A stretch of DNA of 59,058 nucleotides, filler included, from Sphacelaria rigidula (Eukaryota): NCBI GenBank assembly GCA_964200075.2. It is 9 parts of 9 records of this genome, joined end to end, with 100 filler letters (N's around TTAATTAATTAA, not from the genome) between each part and the next. Parts side by side here need not be neighbours in the genome. Positions count along the whole stretch, not along the records: positions 19,723 to 26,196 come from CAXNAA020019869.1; positions 26,297 to 32,769 come from CAXNAA020019870.1; positions 32,870 to 39,342 come from CAXNAA020019871.1; 6 more parts are not named here. One strand, given 5' to 3'. This document shows, one piece after another, positions 22,401 through 32,960 of this stretch. The notes under the pieces were generated by a model. The model made no database searches and was not told the origin of the DNA. It worked only from the letters and a program-made list of their open reading frames with translations. Position 1 is the stretch's first letter, and each line of letters begins with the position of its first letter. The position numbers and the translations under genes are program-made.

Positions 22401-24659
22401 TTACTTGCCCATCGCGCCAGAAACGAAAAATCGCGGCCTGGACGCGGCACGTTCGCTGCTGCTAGGTTTCCCATCACCAACAGCTTCCTCGGAAGAAGTT
22501 GAACTGACGGGGTTTTGCTTGCGCTTTCGACCTGGTCCATCATCGTCGACATAGACATCGCTGCCTCCATCTCCTGATTGGCTATCGTTAGAGGTATCAT
22601 CGCTCTCCCGGGCCGGCGGCTCTGCTGCGTTGGACAGGCTATCCTCGCTGGAATCTTCGTCCTCCCGGGCACTCTGCCCTGGATTGGAATCGTCATCGCT
22701 CTCACGGAGGACGGTGGCTTCCGGAGGGTCGGACGCATCATCATCATCATCATCGTCGTCGTCGCTCTCTTGGGGAGATGCTTCGGGGTTGGACGTGATG
22801 AGGTTCATCTCCTCCTCCGCATGCGCTCGACAGAACTGACCCTTCGCGATAGTTCCAACGTCGTGCTTCACAACCTGCTTGGAGCAGCCTTCACGGCGGC
22901 ACTTCTTGCTCGCCACGTCCACCATGCCCTCCTGGGCATGCTTCAAGCAGAACTTCGCCCTGTTGCCCGGCATGGCGTAGGTCGGCCTCTTGAGGCAGCC
23001 TTCGCCGCTGCATTTTCTGTTCACCACGTCCATCATGCCCACCCCCGCATGCCGGGCGCAGTACTGCGCGTTGCTCCCGCTACCGGGCACGCCGTGCGTT
23101 CGATGCTTGCTGCAGTCTTCGAACACGCACGTCTTCTTCTTCACGTTTATCATTCCCGGCGCGGCGTGCCGGCGGCAGTACTCCTTCCTCCCGCCCGGCA
23201 TCCCAAACGACGGCCTCGTCGAACAGCCTTCCGTGACGCAGCTCTTCTTGGCGAGATCCACCATTCCCTCGGCGGCATGCTTGGAGCAGAACTCCCACTT
23301 CTTGCTGCCGAACACACCGTGAGTTCGTCGCCTGAAGCAACCTTCGCTGAGGCACCTCTTCGTCCTGACGTTCACCATTCCCGCCGGGGCGTGCCGGCGA
23401 CAGAACTCGGGCATTTGACCCGGCACGCCAAACGATGGGTGCGTCTTGCAGCTCTCCTTGCTACACTGCTTGGTCCTGACTGCAACCATTCCAGACCTCG
23501 CGTGCCTGGAGCAATATTCTGCATTATTGCCAACAACCGCACCATGCGTCCGTCTCGCGCTGCAGCCCTCATCGCCGCACGTGTTGTCCTCGATATCGAT
23601 CATGCCGGCCCTGCGATGTTGCCCGCAGTATTCCGCCCTTCTGCTGCCAGCCACGCCTTGAGTCGGCCTCTTGCTGCAGCCCTCCTCAACGCACGTCTTG
23701 TTCGCCGAGTCGATCTTACTCGCCCGGCCATTCTGCATGCCGAGATCTATGAACCTCGTGACGGGCACACCGAAGGACGGGCACTCGTTGCACCCCAAAT
23801 GGCCGCACTGCTTACCCACCACATCCACCATCCCGGTGAAGGCGTGTTCGGCGCAAAACTTGGGCTCCTTGCTCCCAGCGACACCGTACGACGGCGTCGT
23901 GGAGCAGCCATCGTTCCAGCACGTTTTGTTCACCACATCGACCATGCCCGCCTTGGCGTGCTGGGCACAAAATTTCGGCCCCTGATCCCTCACACCGCAC
24001 AATGACCTCCTACGGCTGTCGTTAGGTTTGGACGCGGTGCGGTCGCCTTCGACTCTAAACCTCGCACGGAGGTCGCCGGGGCCATACCTGACGTTGACCA
24101 TTCCCTCCTGGGCATGTCGGGAGCAGAACATCGCCTTCCGGCCTTTCCCGACACCGTGCGATGCTGTGGTGGTGCAGCCTTGGCTGCAACACCTCTTGGA
24201 CACAACGTTGATCATCCCTTCCTTGGCATGCAGCCGACAGAACTCAGGCCTGTGGCCCTCCGTGGCGAACGACGGATGCTTCATGCAGTCCTCTCCGCGA
24301 CATTTCTTGTTGTACGCATCGAGCATCCCCGCATCCGCGTGCTCGACGCAGTACTCCGCTTTGCCCCCGGGCGCGCCGTGGGTTCGTCGCCTGTTGCAGC
24401 CTAGCCTGTAGCACGTACTGATGGTGACGTTCATCATCCCCGCCGTGGCGTGCTTAGCGCAGGCCTGTGCCTTCCCCCCCGACATGCCGAACGACGGTAT
24501 TATGGAGCAGCCCACGAAGGTGCACTTCTTGCTCACCACGTCCACCATCCCCGGCCAGGCGTGCTGAGAGCAGAATTCCGCCTTGGAGCCCGGCAAACCG
24601 TACGATGACACCTTGGAGCACCCGTCATTGCCGCAGTATTTGTTCGCCACACCGGCCAT
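22401..24659 (-). CDS. EsV-1-7 cysteine-rich repeat protein (752 aa, intronless)
   Basis: About 16 repeats of C-x4-C-x(14-17)-C-x2-H-x3-GM(V/I)(D/N)V, two of them degenerate. Acidic Asp/Ser-rich tail with an RKRK basic cluster. Uninterrupted 2.26 kb ORF. Confidence 0.92.
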   Translation of the reverse strand: MAGVANKYCGNDGCSKVSSYGLPGSKAEFCSQHAWPGMVDVVSKKCTFVGCSIIPSFGMSGGKAQACAKHATAGMMNVTISTCYRLGCNRRRTHGAPGGKAEYCVEHADAGMLDAYNKKCRGEDCMKHPSFATEGHRPEFCRLHAKEGMINVVSKRCCSQGCTTTASHGVGKGRKAMFCSRHAQEGMVNVRYGPGDLRARFRVEGDRTASKPNDSRRRSLCGVRDQGPKFCAQHAKAGMVDVVNKTCWNDGCSTTPSYGVAGSKEPKFCAEHAFTGMVDVVGKQCGHLGCNECPSFGVPVTRFIDLGMQNGRASKIDSANKTCVEEGCSKRPTQGVAGSRRAEYCGQHRRAGMIDIEDNTCGDEGCSARRTHGAVVGNNAEYCSRHARSGMVAVRTKQCSKESCKTHPSFGVPGQMPEFCRRHAPAGMVNVRTKRCLSEGCFRRRTHGVFGSKKWEFCSKHAAEGMVDLAKKSCVTEGCSTRPSFGMPGGRKEYCRRHAAPGMINVKKKTCVFEDCSKHRTHGVPGSGSNAQYCARHAGVGMMDVVNRKCSGEGCLKRPTYAMPGNRAKFCLKHAQEGMVDVASKKCRREGCSKQVVKHDVGTIAKGQFCRAHAEEEMNLITSNPEASPQESDDDDDDDDDASDPPEATVLRESDDDSNPGQSAREDEDSSEDSLSNAAEPPARESDDTSNDSQSGDGGSDVYVDDDGPGRKRKQNPVSSTSSEEAVGDGKPSSSERAASRPRFFVSGAMGK

Positions 24660-24735
24660 AAGGTGTCTCCTCGTGAAGTCTAGTGATCGCGAACAACCTG
24701 CTCACAGTCACAATATTCCCCAAAACGTCGGGAAA

Positions 24736-24805
24736 GGGGGGCGTACTCATTCGTTGCTTGCCTTAGTCGTGTGACCATTGACCACGCATCCCTTTCGAGA
24801 CGGAG
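24736..24805 (-). mobile_element. 70-bp oligo(C)-ended LINE 3' end with 10-bp TSD
   Basis: Flanked by direct repeat CGTCGGGAAA at 24726-24735 and 24806-24815. Confidence 0.85.
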
Positions 24806-25311
24806 CGTCGGGAAACGGAGGGGGACGGGATCGGGGGTGATGAGCTAGGTAGGCCGAACGGGGCTAGACCCATAAAGTGAAAGCGAGCGTCGATCATGAA
24901 ATGAAAAAAACAAAATGCCCTCGACAGGGTATCCACTGTGGTGACAGGGATTAATGTGTAACATGATACTTGTACGAGTGTGTCTGGGAGGCGGGTTCGG
25001 TCTAGTTTTTGTGTTGAACGGTTTCAGTATAGACTAGGAGCATATTCATCGCCTTGGTAAGTAAAAGGTCGCTGCGGTTGATATGGTGCTTTGCGCAATA
25101 AAGTCGGAGACAAGGATGCTACTCGTGTGATGAGCAATAATTTTTCAGGCCTTAGGACGGCACTGTTACTTTCAGCCGTGAGCAAAAAAGGAAGGGAAGC
25201 AATCCTTGCAGAGCTGGGAGTATATCACAAGAAGGATTCACCCGCCAAAAATAAATAATATATATAGCAATTACCTCATTTATCTTGTTCGCCGTTGAAG
25301 AGCCTTGGATG

Positions 25312-25740
25312 CAGGTGCACTTTTGTTCACTTGGTTTTAGAGTGCGACTTAACAGCTTTCCCGCAAGCTCTGAGAGGCCAGCATTTGCTTACACTTCATT
25401 TTAGAGTACCGCGATACGGTGTCATTCGGTCGTTCTCAGAAGCTCAGAGAGGTGAGCATTTGCTCTTACTTGATTTTAGAGTACAGCGAACGGGGTCATT
25501 TCGTTCTCTCAAGCTCGCGCAAAAGCAGTATTGCATGATTCCCCTTCAGGAGGTTTCGGGAGCATCGCTCCCACGGCAGTGCTCTGCATGGTGTTTCCCG
25601 CCCTCTTTCCTCCCCATGGCGGTAGACCCTTCGTGCGCCCATGTCACACCGCACACAGGACTGTCAGAATCGTTCCCAGAGGCTCTGAGACAGGTGCACT
25701 TTTTCACTTGCTTTTAGAATACGGTGAAACGGGGTCTCTT
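25312..25740. repeat. Degenerate ~65-75 bp repeat, about four copies
   Basis: Recurring GCTCWGAGA...ACTT..TTTTAGA core near 25335, 25399, 25474 and 25712. Confidence 0.6.
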
Positions 25741-25970
25741 TGTGACCCTTTGACCGTCGGAGATGCCACCTCTTACCGTATACAGATCACTTGAAAATTG
25801 AATCGCGGAACGACTCTCCGTCCAACCTCGGCGCACACCGGAAGCATGCTGTGATCTTGCCCGCATGTCGTTCCCTTTTCCTGTCTATGCTGCTGCTTTT
25901 GCTCTGCCATACATGCATTTTTTCGACATAAGGTGCCGGCTTCTATTTTTCATGTTTTAGTCGGTAGACG

Positions 25971-26196
25971 GTCGCTCTGGTGGCTCAGTTGGTAACCCCA
26001 AAACCTTATGGCGGTTGGGTCGTCGGTTCGAACCTCAGTGCAGTCACACGATCTGGAATTTTGTCTCACACCATGTTCAACAGTGGACGGCGACTACAAT
26101 GTTCTCGTGAGATTGAGAGTAGAGCGCTGATTGAGAGTGGCTTTGACTATTGTCTTCAACGAAGCCAATTTTTCATTCCATACCTGCTTTTCTTCG
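25971..26196 (+). mobile_element. tRNA-derived SINE (family 2), truncated by gap
   Basis: A-box TGGCTCAGTTGG (25981-25992) and B-box GGTTCGAACC (26025-26034) without a good acceptor stem, followed by a body repeated elsewhere in the window. Confidence 0.65.
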
Positions 26197-26435
26197 NNNN
26201 NNNNNNNNNNNNNNNNNNNNNNNNNNNNNNNNNNNNNNNNTTAATTAATTAANNNNNNNNNNNNNNNNNNNNNNNNNNNNNNNNNNNNNNNNNNNNACAA
26301 AAAACCCGGGTTCTTCATTCGCTGTGTATCGTAGACGCGAGTGTTGCCGGGGTGCAGGAGCGCGGCCAAGCATACCTAATCCCATGCCGACTTGCCCCTC
26401 TACGATTGTACCGCAAATGGTGTACGTATGTACAG

Positions 26436-26756
26436 GTGAAGAGCTCGTACAAGCTGTCGGCCGAGGCGAAGAAGCCGGCGCCGAAGCCAAAGAAGAAAGT
26501 AGTGAAGAAGGTGGTGAAAAAGCCCGCCAAGAAGGTGGTGAAGAAGACGCCGAAAAAGACCCCCAAGAAGGTAGTGAAGAAGAAAGTCGTGAAAAAGACC
26601 GCCGCCAAGAAGACGGACGGCACCCCGAAGAAGAAAGTCGTCAAGAAGATTGTGACCAAGAAGGCCGATGGCACCCCCAAGAAGAAGGTTGTCAAGAAAA
26701 AGCCTGCCGCAAAGAAGGCTGCTCCCAAGAAGGCGGCCGCCAAGCCCGCAGCCTAA
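26436..26756 (+). CDS. H1: Histone H1, last exon (end of globular domain and Lys/Ala/Pro/Val-rich tail)
   Basis: TACAG acceptor, then VKSSYKL and a tail with four TPKK motifs, ending TAA. Upstream exons lie off the contig. Confidence 0.88.
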   Translation: MKSSYKLSAEAKKPAPKPKKKVVKKVVKKPAKKVVKKTPKKTPKKVVKKKVVKKTAAKKTDGTPKKKVVKKIVTKKADGTPKKKVVKKKPAAKKAAPKKAAAKPAA

Positions 26757-26823
26757 GCCTTCGCCGCAGGGTCTTCACGTCCTTCTCCCGAACGTGTCTT
26801 TACGGACAACCATCCAACATCCC

Positions 26824-26846
26824 TGGTGTTTACTCAACACCACCCA
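26824..26846 (+). promoter_or_regulatory. Histone mRNA 3' stem-loop
   Basis: GGTGTT-TACTC-AACACC followed by ACCCA, about 70 nt after the H1 stop codon. Confidence 0.7.
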
Positions 26847-28407
26847 TGCCGAGAGAAAAGCAGATGGCACTTCCTTGCCTGGTTTGGACAAAACATTGGA
26901 GGGCTCTCCCGTCTCGGTACTAAGCCGAATATCGTGATCTGTCGCTCAACAAACGCCAGGTACTGTTTGGTGTTGAGATATAACCAGGTGGGAGAATGAG
27001 CATGGTGCTCGCCCGTCAAGTTCCCAGGTACGGCCACTTCTCTCGTGTCGAGCAAACAAACTTGTTGAGAAGTTCCTTTTGGGCCCTTCTCCGTCGTTTT
27101 TCACGCGAAAAGAGAGCGGGGCGGATGTTGACACCCCGGAATGACATGCTCTGCTCGTTGGCCAAACTTGCACTTTCAACTACGAACGATGAAGCTATTT
27201 ATAAAATTGGCTGTTTTCTCCCGTTTCTTGATAAGTTGGCCCCTACTGAAAATGCAAGTCGGGCTAGAGACATGACTTTAACCAACGAGGAACGTAAAGG
27301 TGCCCCGGAGAGCTCTCGAAGAGTAGAGGAGGTCATTCCAAGGTGTCAAAACTTGCGTAGCCCTCTTTTTGGCCCAAGAACGAAGAGCCATAGAGGCAAT
27401 TTTCAACGAGAAGATTTTCCTGATAAATGAGCCCTATTCGTGTACAGTGTACAGTATTCTGTTTTCTGCTCTTTGGGGCAATCACATGGATGTATTTCGG
27501 GCTGCTTGTATTGGTACCGCAGTTGTATTTGAAATCATATTGCCATCTTGGAACGTAGCAAAATACCGTGACCTTGGAATTTCACCCTTCGACAGCGAGC
27601 GTCGCCTCGGAACGGTTCCAACAGGCTGGCAGTCTAGCGGTATTTCCCATTTTGGTCATCGCATTTCAATCATGGAAAACATGGGCAAGCATATCGTACA
27701 GTATTTTGGACCCTGCTCGCGGTCTGTGAGGCCTGTTTGACGCCCCATGTGTCACTAGCATAGCTTCACACTACTACTGTAAGGGTATTGTCACCGTGGA
27801 GCACTTGAGCAAAATGCATACGCAGCATGCAGTGAATTGTGGTGAGTGGAGAGTGATACACACTGACTGTATCTTGCCGTTGTATACAGCGGAGACATAC
27901 CGCACACATTCTAACGCTGTACGTAATAGACTGCACGTTCAAAACCGGTCAGGGATCCTTGGGAGCTACAATATTTTCTACATGGATGCCCAGCATCCAC
28001 ATGACTACAGTACTAAAGAAGTCGTTTCGAGGAGTAGGAAAAGAACCATTCTGAGTTCTGAAGCCCAACCGTGGCACAGTTCAAGTCAGTTCACCTGCGG
28101 GGGGTCGCTGTCTGAGGGTCAACACAGGGCGAGGCTGAATCGTGACCATTGGGGGTGGGTGGCGGTGGAAGCGATTACACTAAGGCACCCATGTACATGA
28201 AAAGAGCCTGCGCACCACTGTACTTCCAATAGCGTCGTGTGACGGAAGATACCGTCCCGGGGGTTCTCATATGCCCAGTATTGCGTGTCTTTCTCGCGTG
28301 TCCATGTTCCTGAATCGGTAGAGATGTCACGTGAGATTTTCACTCCTGACTGGTTCAGGGCCGGAAATGTGACCTTTTTTTCTACGGTCGAGCACATATA
28401 CTTGGTG

Positions 28408-30370
28408 CAGTGTTGAAAATCGAATATCGATACTCGATACGATTTCAATAATATCGGTCGATACGGCGTATCGGTATCGCCGCTTCTCAATCCGATATTT
28501 GTCGATACGTATCAAAATCGATATCAATATCGGACATGGATATGGTCGCTATATTTATTTATTTATTTTGCCGGGGGGGGGGGGGTTCTCATTTGTTGCT
28601 TGCCTTGGTCGTTTGACCATTGACCACGCATCCCTTTCGAGACGGAGTATTCTATTTCGTGGCAGGGGGGGGGCGGGGGGGGATGGTGGACAGCACATCG
28701 TCCCACCGCCCATCACCCCACTGCCCACCACCTCACCACCCACCACACTCCACTCACCAGACACACCACACACCATACAGCCACTTGTTGCTAACCACAC
28801 CGATCTGCAACATGAACCGCCTTCAGACTTTCGGCTTTGTAAAGGGCGGTAGCGCAGAGTCTGCGGTCAACGTTTCTGCCGAGCCGTCTGTATCTGTGCT
28901 AGGGCGGCGGTTGCTGCACCAGTGGCGGCCCCAGTGCCCTCAACCAAGAGTGGAGAGAGCGGGCAAGCAGAGTTATCCGCGAAGGTAGCGGATCCTGTAG
29001 ACTTCCCATACAACCCATCCCTGCAAGCCTACGTGTTCAAGTACGGGAAATGGAGACGTTCGGCCGACAGGAAATCAGCTCTCATCATATCCAGTTTTTT
29101 CTACAAGCGTTGGAATTCTATTGCTTTGGCGTTTAGGTGTCTGGAGAATATACTTCGTTGTGTAGCCGACAAAAAAATGGTCGTGCTGCCGACTTATCCC
29201 TTGTTTGGTATGGAGATAAGAAAAAGCGAGCGCGCATTTGCTTTCATCATTTTTCGCCCGAGATTCGACGTTTGGCGCGGTTGTTGAATAGGGAGTGCGT
29301 TCGCAGTTCGCAGTGCGCAGAGCCAAGGAAAATGCTCCAATTCGATACAAACATAACGGAATAGTGACCGCGGAATATACTCTGGTATACCACCGACTTG
29401 AACAACACACTGTTCATCGTGCATCACACCTCGAGTTGTGATCAACTACAGTAGTGTGCGGTCTAACTATTCATTTTGAGGCATTTTGTGATTTCTTCGT
29501 AATTGGCGATTTTCTTGGGCTCGTTTCGCTTGCCACCGCTGATCACATCGGGGATCCGAAGATTTTTATGTCCGCTCCACGTTCCAAGAAAAAAAAAAAT
29601 CATATGTACTCAATAGTGAGGCACTCACGGGCTGACCGGTCATCGGGGGTCCCGCCACGTTTCAGCCCAGATTCTTACTCTTCGGTATTTTCGGTCGATC
29701 GAGCCTATCCCTGTCATATTTCTAAGAAGATGTACAGTTTTTTTTAATTCTGCCTACTCATCGCACTAGAGCCGAAAAACTATGATTCATGGTCAATAAC
29801 ACCCTCCTGATGAACGGGGTATTTACTCATTTCGCCCGATAACACCAAGTAGCACTGACTTGGGCAATGTGTTTCGGCGATGATCTGTTTATTGTATCAA
29901 AATCTACCGACGCTAGCAATTTCGAGTTCTATCGAAGATGAGTGCGCGAGTGAAAGAACCCCAAACCCCCGCTGAATAGTTAGACCGCCCACTCCTGTAC
30001 CTCTTTTGCGACTTGCCCCTTGCACGATGAACCATCTTTATCAAACCGAAGCATCACGCCGCGTGTTGTGCCGCCACTTCTATGATGTCAGATAACAAAA
30101 TCACACATCAAACACTGGTGCTGCTGTACCTTCATACAATCAGGCGCGCACTCCGGGTTAGGTTGCTAGTGTCAGTGTAGTGCCGTGAAGTCTTGCAAGC
30201 TGTGACTCCACCAAAACAGCCGCATCGTATCGTATCGAGTATCAATATCGAGTATCGATACGTATCGGCCCATTTTCCGCGTATCGAAAAAAATATCGAT
30301 ATCGACGTCTTGAGATCGATACGTTGAAATATCGTATCGAACTTTTTTTTCCGTTCGATATTCAACACTG
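28408..30370 (-). mobile_element. Non-autonomous hAT element with 8-bp TSD
   Basis: TIR CAGTGTTGAA(A/T)ATCGAA. Perfect TSD ACTTGGTG at 28400-28407 and 30371-30378. ATCGATA subterminal arrays. Minus-strand transposase-like remnants (SKCALAFSY, GSTT, SPFPVLEHVG). Confidence 0.9.
28573..28647 (-). mobile_element. Oligo(C)-ended LINE 3' end nested in the hAT element
   Basis: G-run followed by TTCTCATTTGTTGCTTGCCTTGGTCGTTTGACCATTGACCACGCATCCCTTTCGAGACGGAG. Confidence 0.8.
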
Positions 30371-31239
30371 ACTTGGTGTAATCACGCGAGTTTTCGTACC
30401 CACATGGTCTGCCATTGCCGATTTTTGAATGCTGAAAGATTGGCGTAACATTCGTTTTGGGGACACCCGCCCACATAGCAGTTCTTGTTGGGTACGGCTC
30501 AGGGTCAAGGTGACGTCGATCCGCTATGGAAAGGGTGATAATTATTGGGTGTACGGCAGGATGGTCCTAACAAATCCTTGAAATTGTGTCGTAGTTCTGT
30601 GCTGAAGCAGAGGAAAACCTTTTCGATATGGTTTGGTGTGTGACGCACATGAGTGAAATTGAGGTGTAGGTCATGAGATACTAGGTGATCATCCCTGCAC
30701 ACTTCGACGAGTACCATTTGTTGAAGAAGCTGTTTTCATGGGCGAACAGCAGCTCCAACTCATTGACTGAGCTCTACCCTTCCGGTACCGGACAACTCTG
30801 GGGTGTCGATCTCGAAGTGCCGCTTTTCACGCATGGTTAACATTTCCGATTTTGTTGATATATTTTTGCCCAAATTAGCGACAGTCAGATCTGCGCACCC
30901 TTGCAAGGTTTGAAAATGTCACACATGATTGATCACTTGATGCTGTCGCCTAAGCCGAGATGGTCTTCTTCGTACCTACATGTTGGTATCAAACGCCCTG
31001 CTCAACTCCCGGTGTAGCATGAGATATGCCAAGAAACGACATCAAGTGTAAGTGAACGGTGGGTGTAAAATGGCGGTGATAGCCACGGTCGTGAAGCGAT
31101 ACGTCTCGTGTTCGTTCCCACGACTTGACAACCGCAGTGCCCTGTCGGGCTAGACTAGGTTTGTCTGAACGTTGTCTGAACAGCCCTTTCATAGCGCGGT
31201 AGCGGGGTGTCTGGCCTGGGACTGGGATGCTGCAAACCA

Positions 31240-32172
31240 TGTACTTATCCTACATGCCGGCCGCGTTATGGGCATGCACGATGAACGCCTCGCCAACTTC
31301 GTCATGGTTGAGGAGAAGGCGAGGGCAGGCCGACAAGCAAGGCGGCCACAACACTGTATCACGGACTACGTCTCGCACCTCGGAATAAATGCGACATCGT
31401 GGACGCAGGTTGCCCAAGATGTGTCCAAATGGTCCCGAGTTGTAGAGGAGGGGGCAAACATGTACATGGCAGCCTGGACGAAAGCATGCCAGGCTAAGGA
31501 ACTTTTTGCTGTGCTAGCACTACAGTAGAGCTCCCCCAGTGCCTGCCGAGGACCTTCAAAAAGTAACTGGTAGTCCATCGGGTAGTACCGTACACTCACT
31601 ACAGTTGCGGCCTGCACTGAAGAACCTCCTATTTTGCGCAACCCTGGGAGTTCTTATTTCCTTTGTGGGTTATCATAGCTACTATATAGGTTTTAGTGTG
31701 GGTGGGATTCAAGTTCTTAAGTTTCGTGAAAATCGAACCCCCGATTTCTTAACTACCAGGTTCTCAAGTGCGGGCCGCAACTGTGGTACATCTGCGGTCG
31801 TGGTGGTGGTCTATGAGGGTGCCTGGGGTTGTTTTTTGAGTTGCCCCCCGCCTGGTGGCCTTGCAAATCCCTTCGTGTCATCTGTCTTTTCTTTCCTTGT
31901 CTGTTTGGTGTGCTTTTCTTAGCAGATCTGAACTTTTTTTTTCTTCGCCCCGTTGAACTCGGGGACGCTACCTCTCATGTTTTTCTTGGCGTCTCTCTTC
32001 TTATCCTAATTTTGGCAATATTTTTGTTGATTGCGTTGGTTCTTGTAATGAAGCTGGAGTCCAGAAAAAACGATGGAGGACTCCATGTCTTGTAAGGAAT
32101 AGCGGGGGGGCGGTATTGGAAAGGCGAGCCTACGTGTGTGACCACGGGTTCCAGAGATCGGACTAATGTGCG

Positions 32173-32217
<45 letters not shown>

Positions 32218-32230
32218 ATAATAATAATAA
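31240..32230 (+). mobile_element. 5'-truncated RTE-like LINE 3' part with (TAG)n(TAA)n tail
   Basis: 31240-31500 (GRVMGMHDERL..AGRQ..WTQVAQDVSKW) is homologous to 52085-52320. Microsatellite at 32175-32230. Continuity through the UTR is uncertain. Confidence 0.6.
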
Positions 32231-32868
32231 CGGCGTGCATTAGGGTTCTGGCGGCGGTTGAAAGGTATCAAATGAGTCCGTGCCTTTGAATACGAACACA
32301 ACGTGTGAGCTCAAGAAAGTCATGAGAGGAGACAAAATGAGTTGGTTCTGGGAGGCATATCCATCTCACCCGCAGTCGCTTCGAAAGAACGCGGTCTACT
32401 CTTGCGGCGGACATCACGGGCCCTTCGTTGCAAGCGTATTTGAGATAACGATGTTGTAGTAATGCAGCGCTCAGCGTTCTAGGAGAAGGATACGGTAACT
32501 GTCAGCGCGAGAAAGTTTAATTTTACTCCGCGAATACCCATTGCAGCCGCCCAGTGTCTGAAGCATACGAGCCTCGCGGGAGAACGGCCACGTTACCCTA
32601 TTTCTCGTCAATGCAGGTTAATGCTGAAGTAGGTGCCTGCTTTTGCGAGCAATGCTCCACCATATTGAACAAGAGTCATCCTGGTAGGGGCTGGGATCTG
32701 TAGCCCAAAATGGTGCCAAGCCATTGCGTTTATCATGTAGGATGCTGGATGATGATTATGTGATAGGGTNNNNNNNNNNNNNNNNNNNNNNNNNNNNNNN
32801 NNNNNNNNNNNNNTTAATTAATTAANNNNNNNNNNNNNNNNNNNNNNNNNNNNNNNNNNNNNNNNNNN

Positions 32869-32936
32869 NGGAAGGGATGCGTGGTCAATGGTCAGACGAC
32901 TAAGGCAAGCAACAAATGAGTACGCTTCCCCCCCCT
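32869..32936 (+). mobile_element. Oligo(C)-ended LINE 3' end at contig edge
   Basis: AAGGGATGCGTGGTCAATGGTCAGACGACTAAGGCAAGCAACAAATGAGTACGC followed by a C-run. Confidence 0.8.
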
Positions 32937-32960
32937 TCTGCTCATATGATATAAATAATG

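Noticed and set aside
22578..24005. 475-aa plus-strand ORF
   Set aside because: Antisense shadow of the GC-rich EsV-1-7 CDS.
25312..25740. CRISPR-like array (GTTTTAGAG word)
   Set aside because: Units are degenerate, intervening sequences resemble each other, spacing is irregular, no cas genes, eukaryotic context.
25971..26045. Functional tRNA gene (also at 1040-1107 and 47714-47785)
   Set aside because: A/B boxes are present but acceptor and anticodon stems do not pair well, and each is fused to a dispersed repeat body.
16067..26756. LRR, EsV-1-7 and H1 genes as a defence or viral island
   Set aside because: They lie on three different contigs joined artificially.
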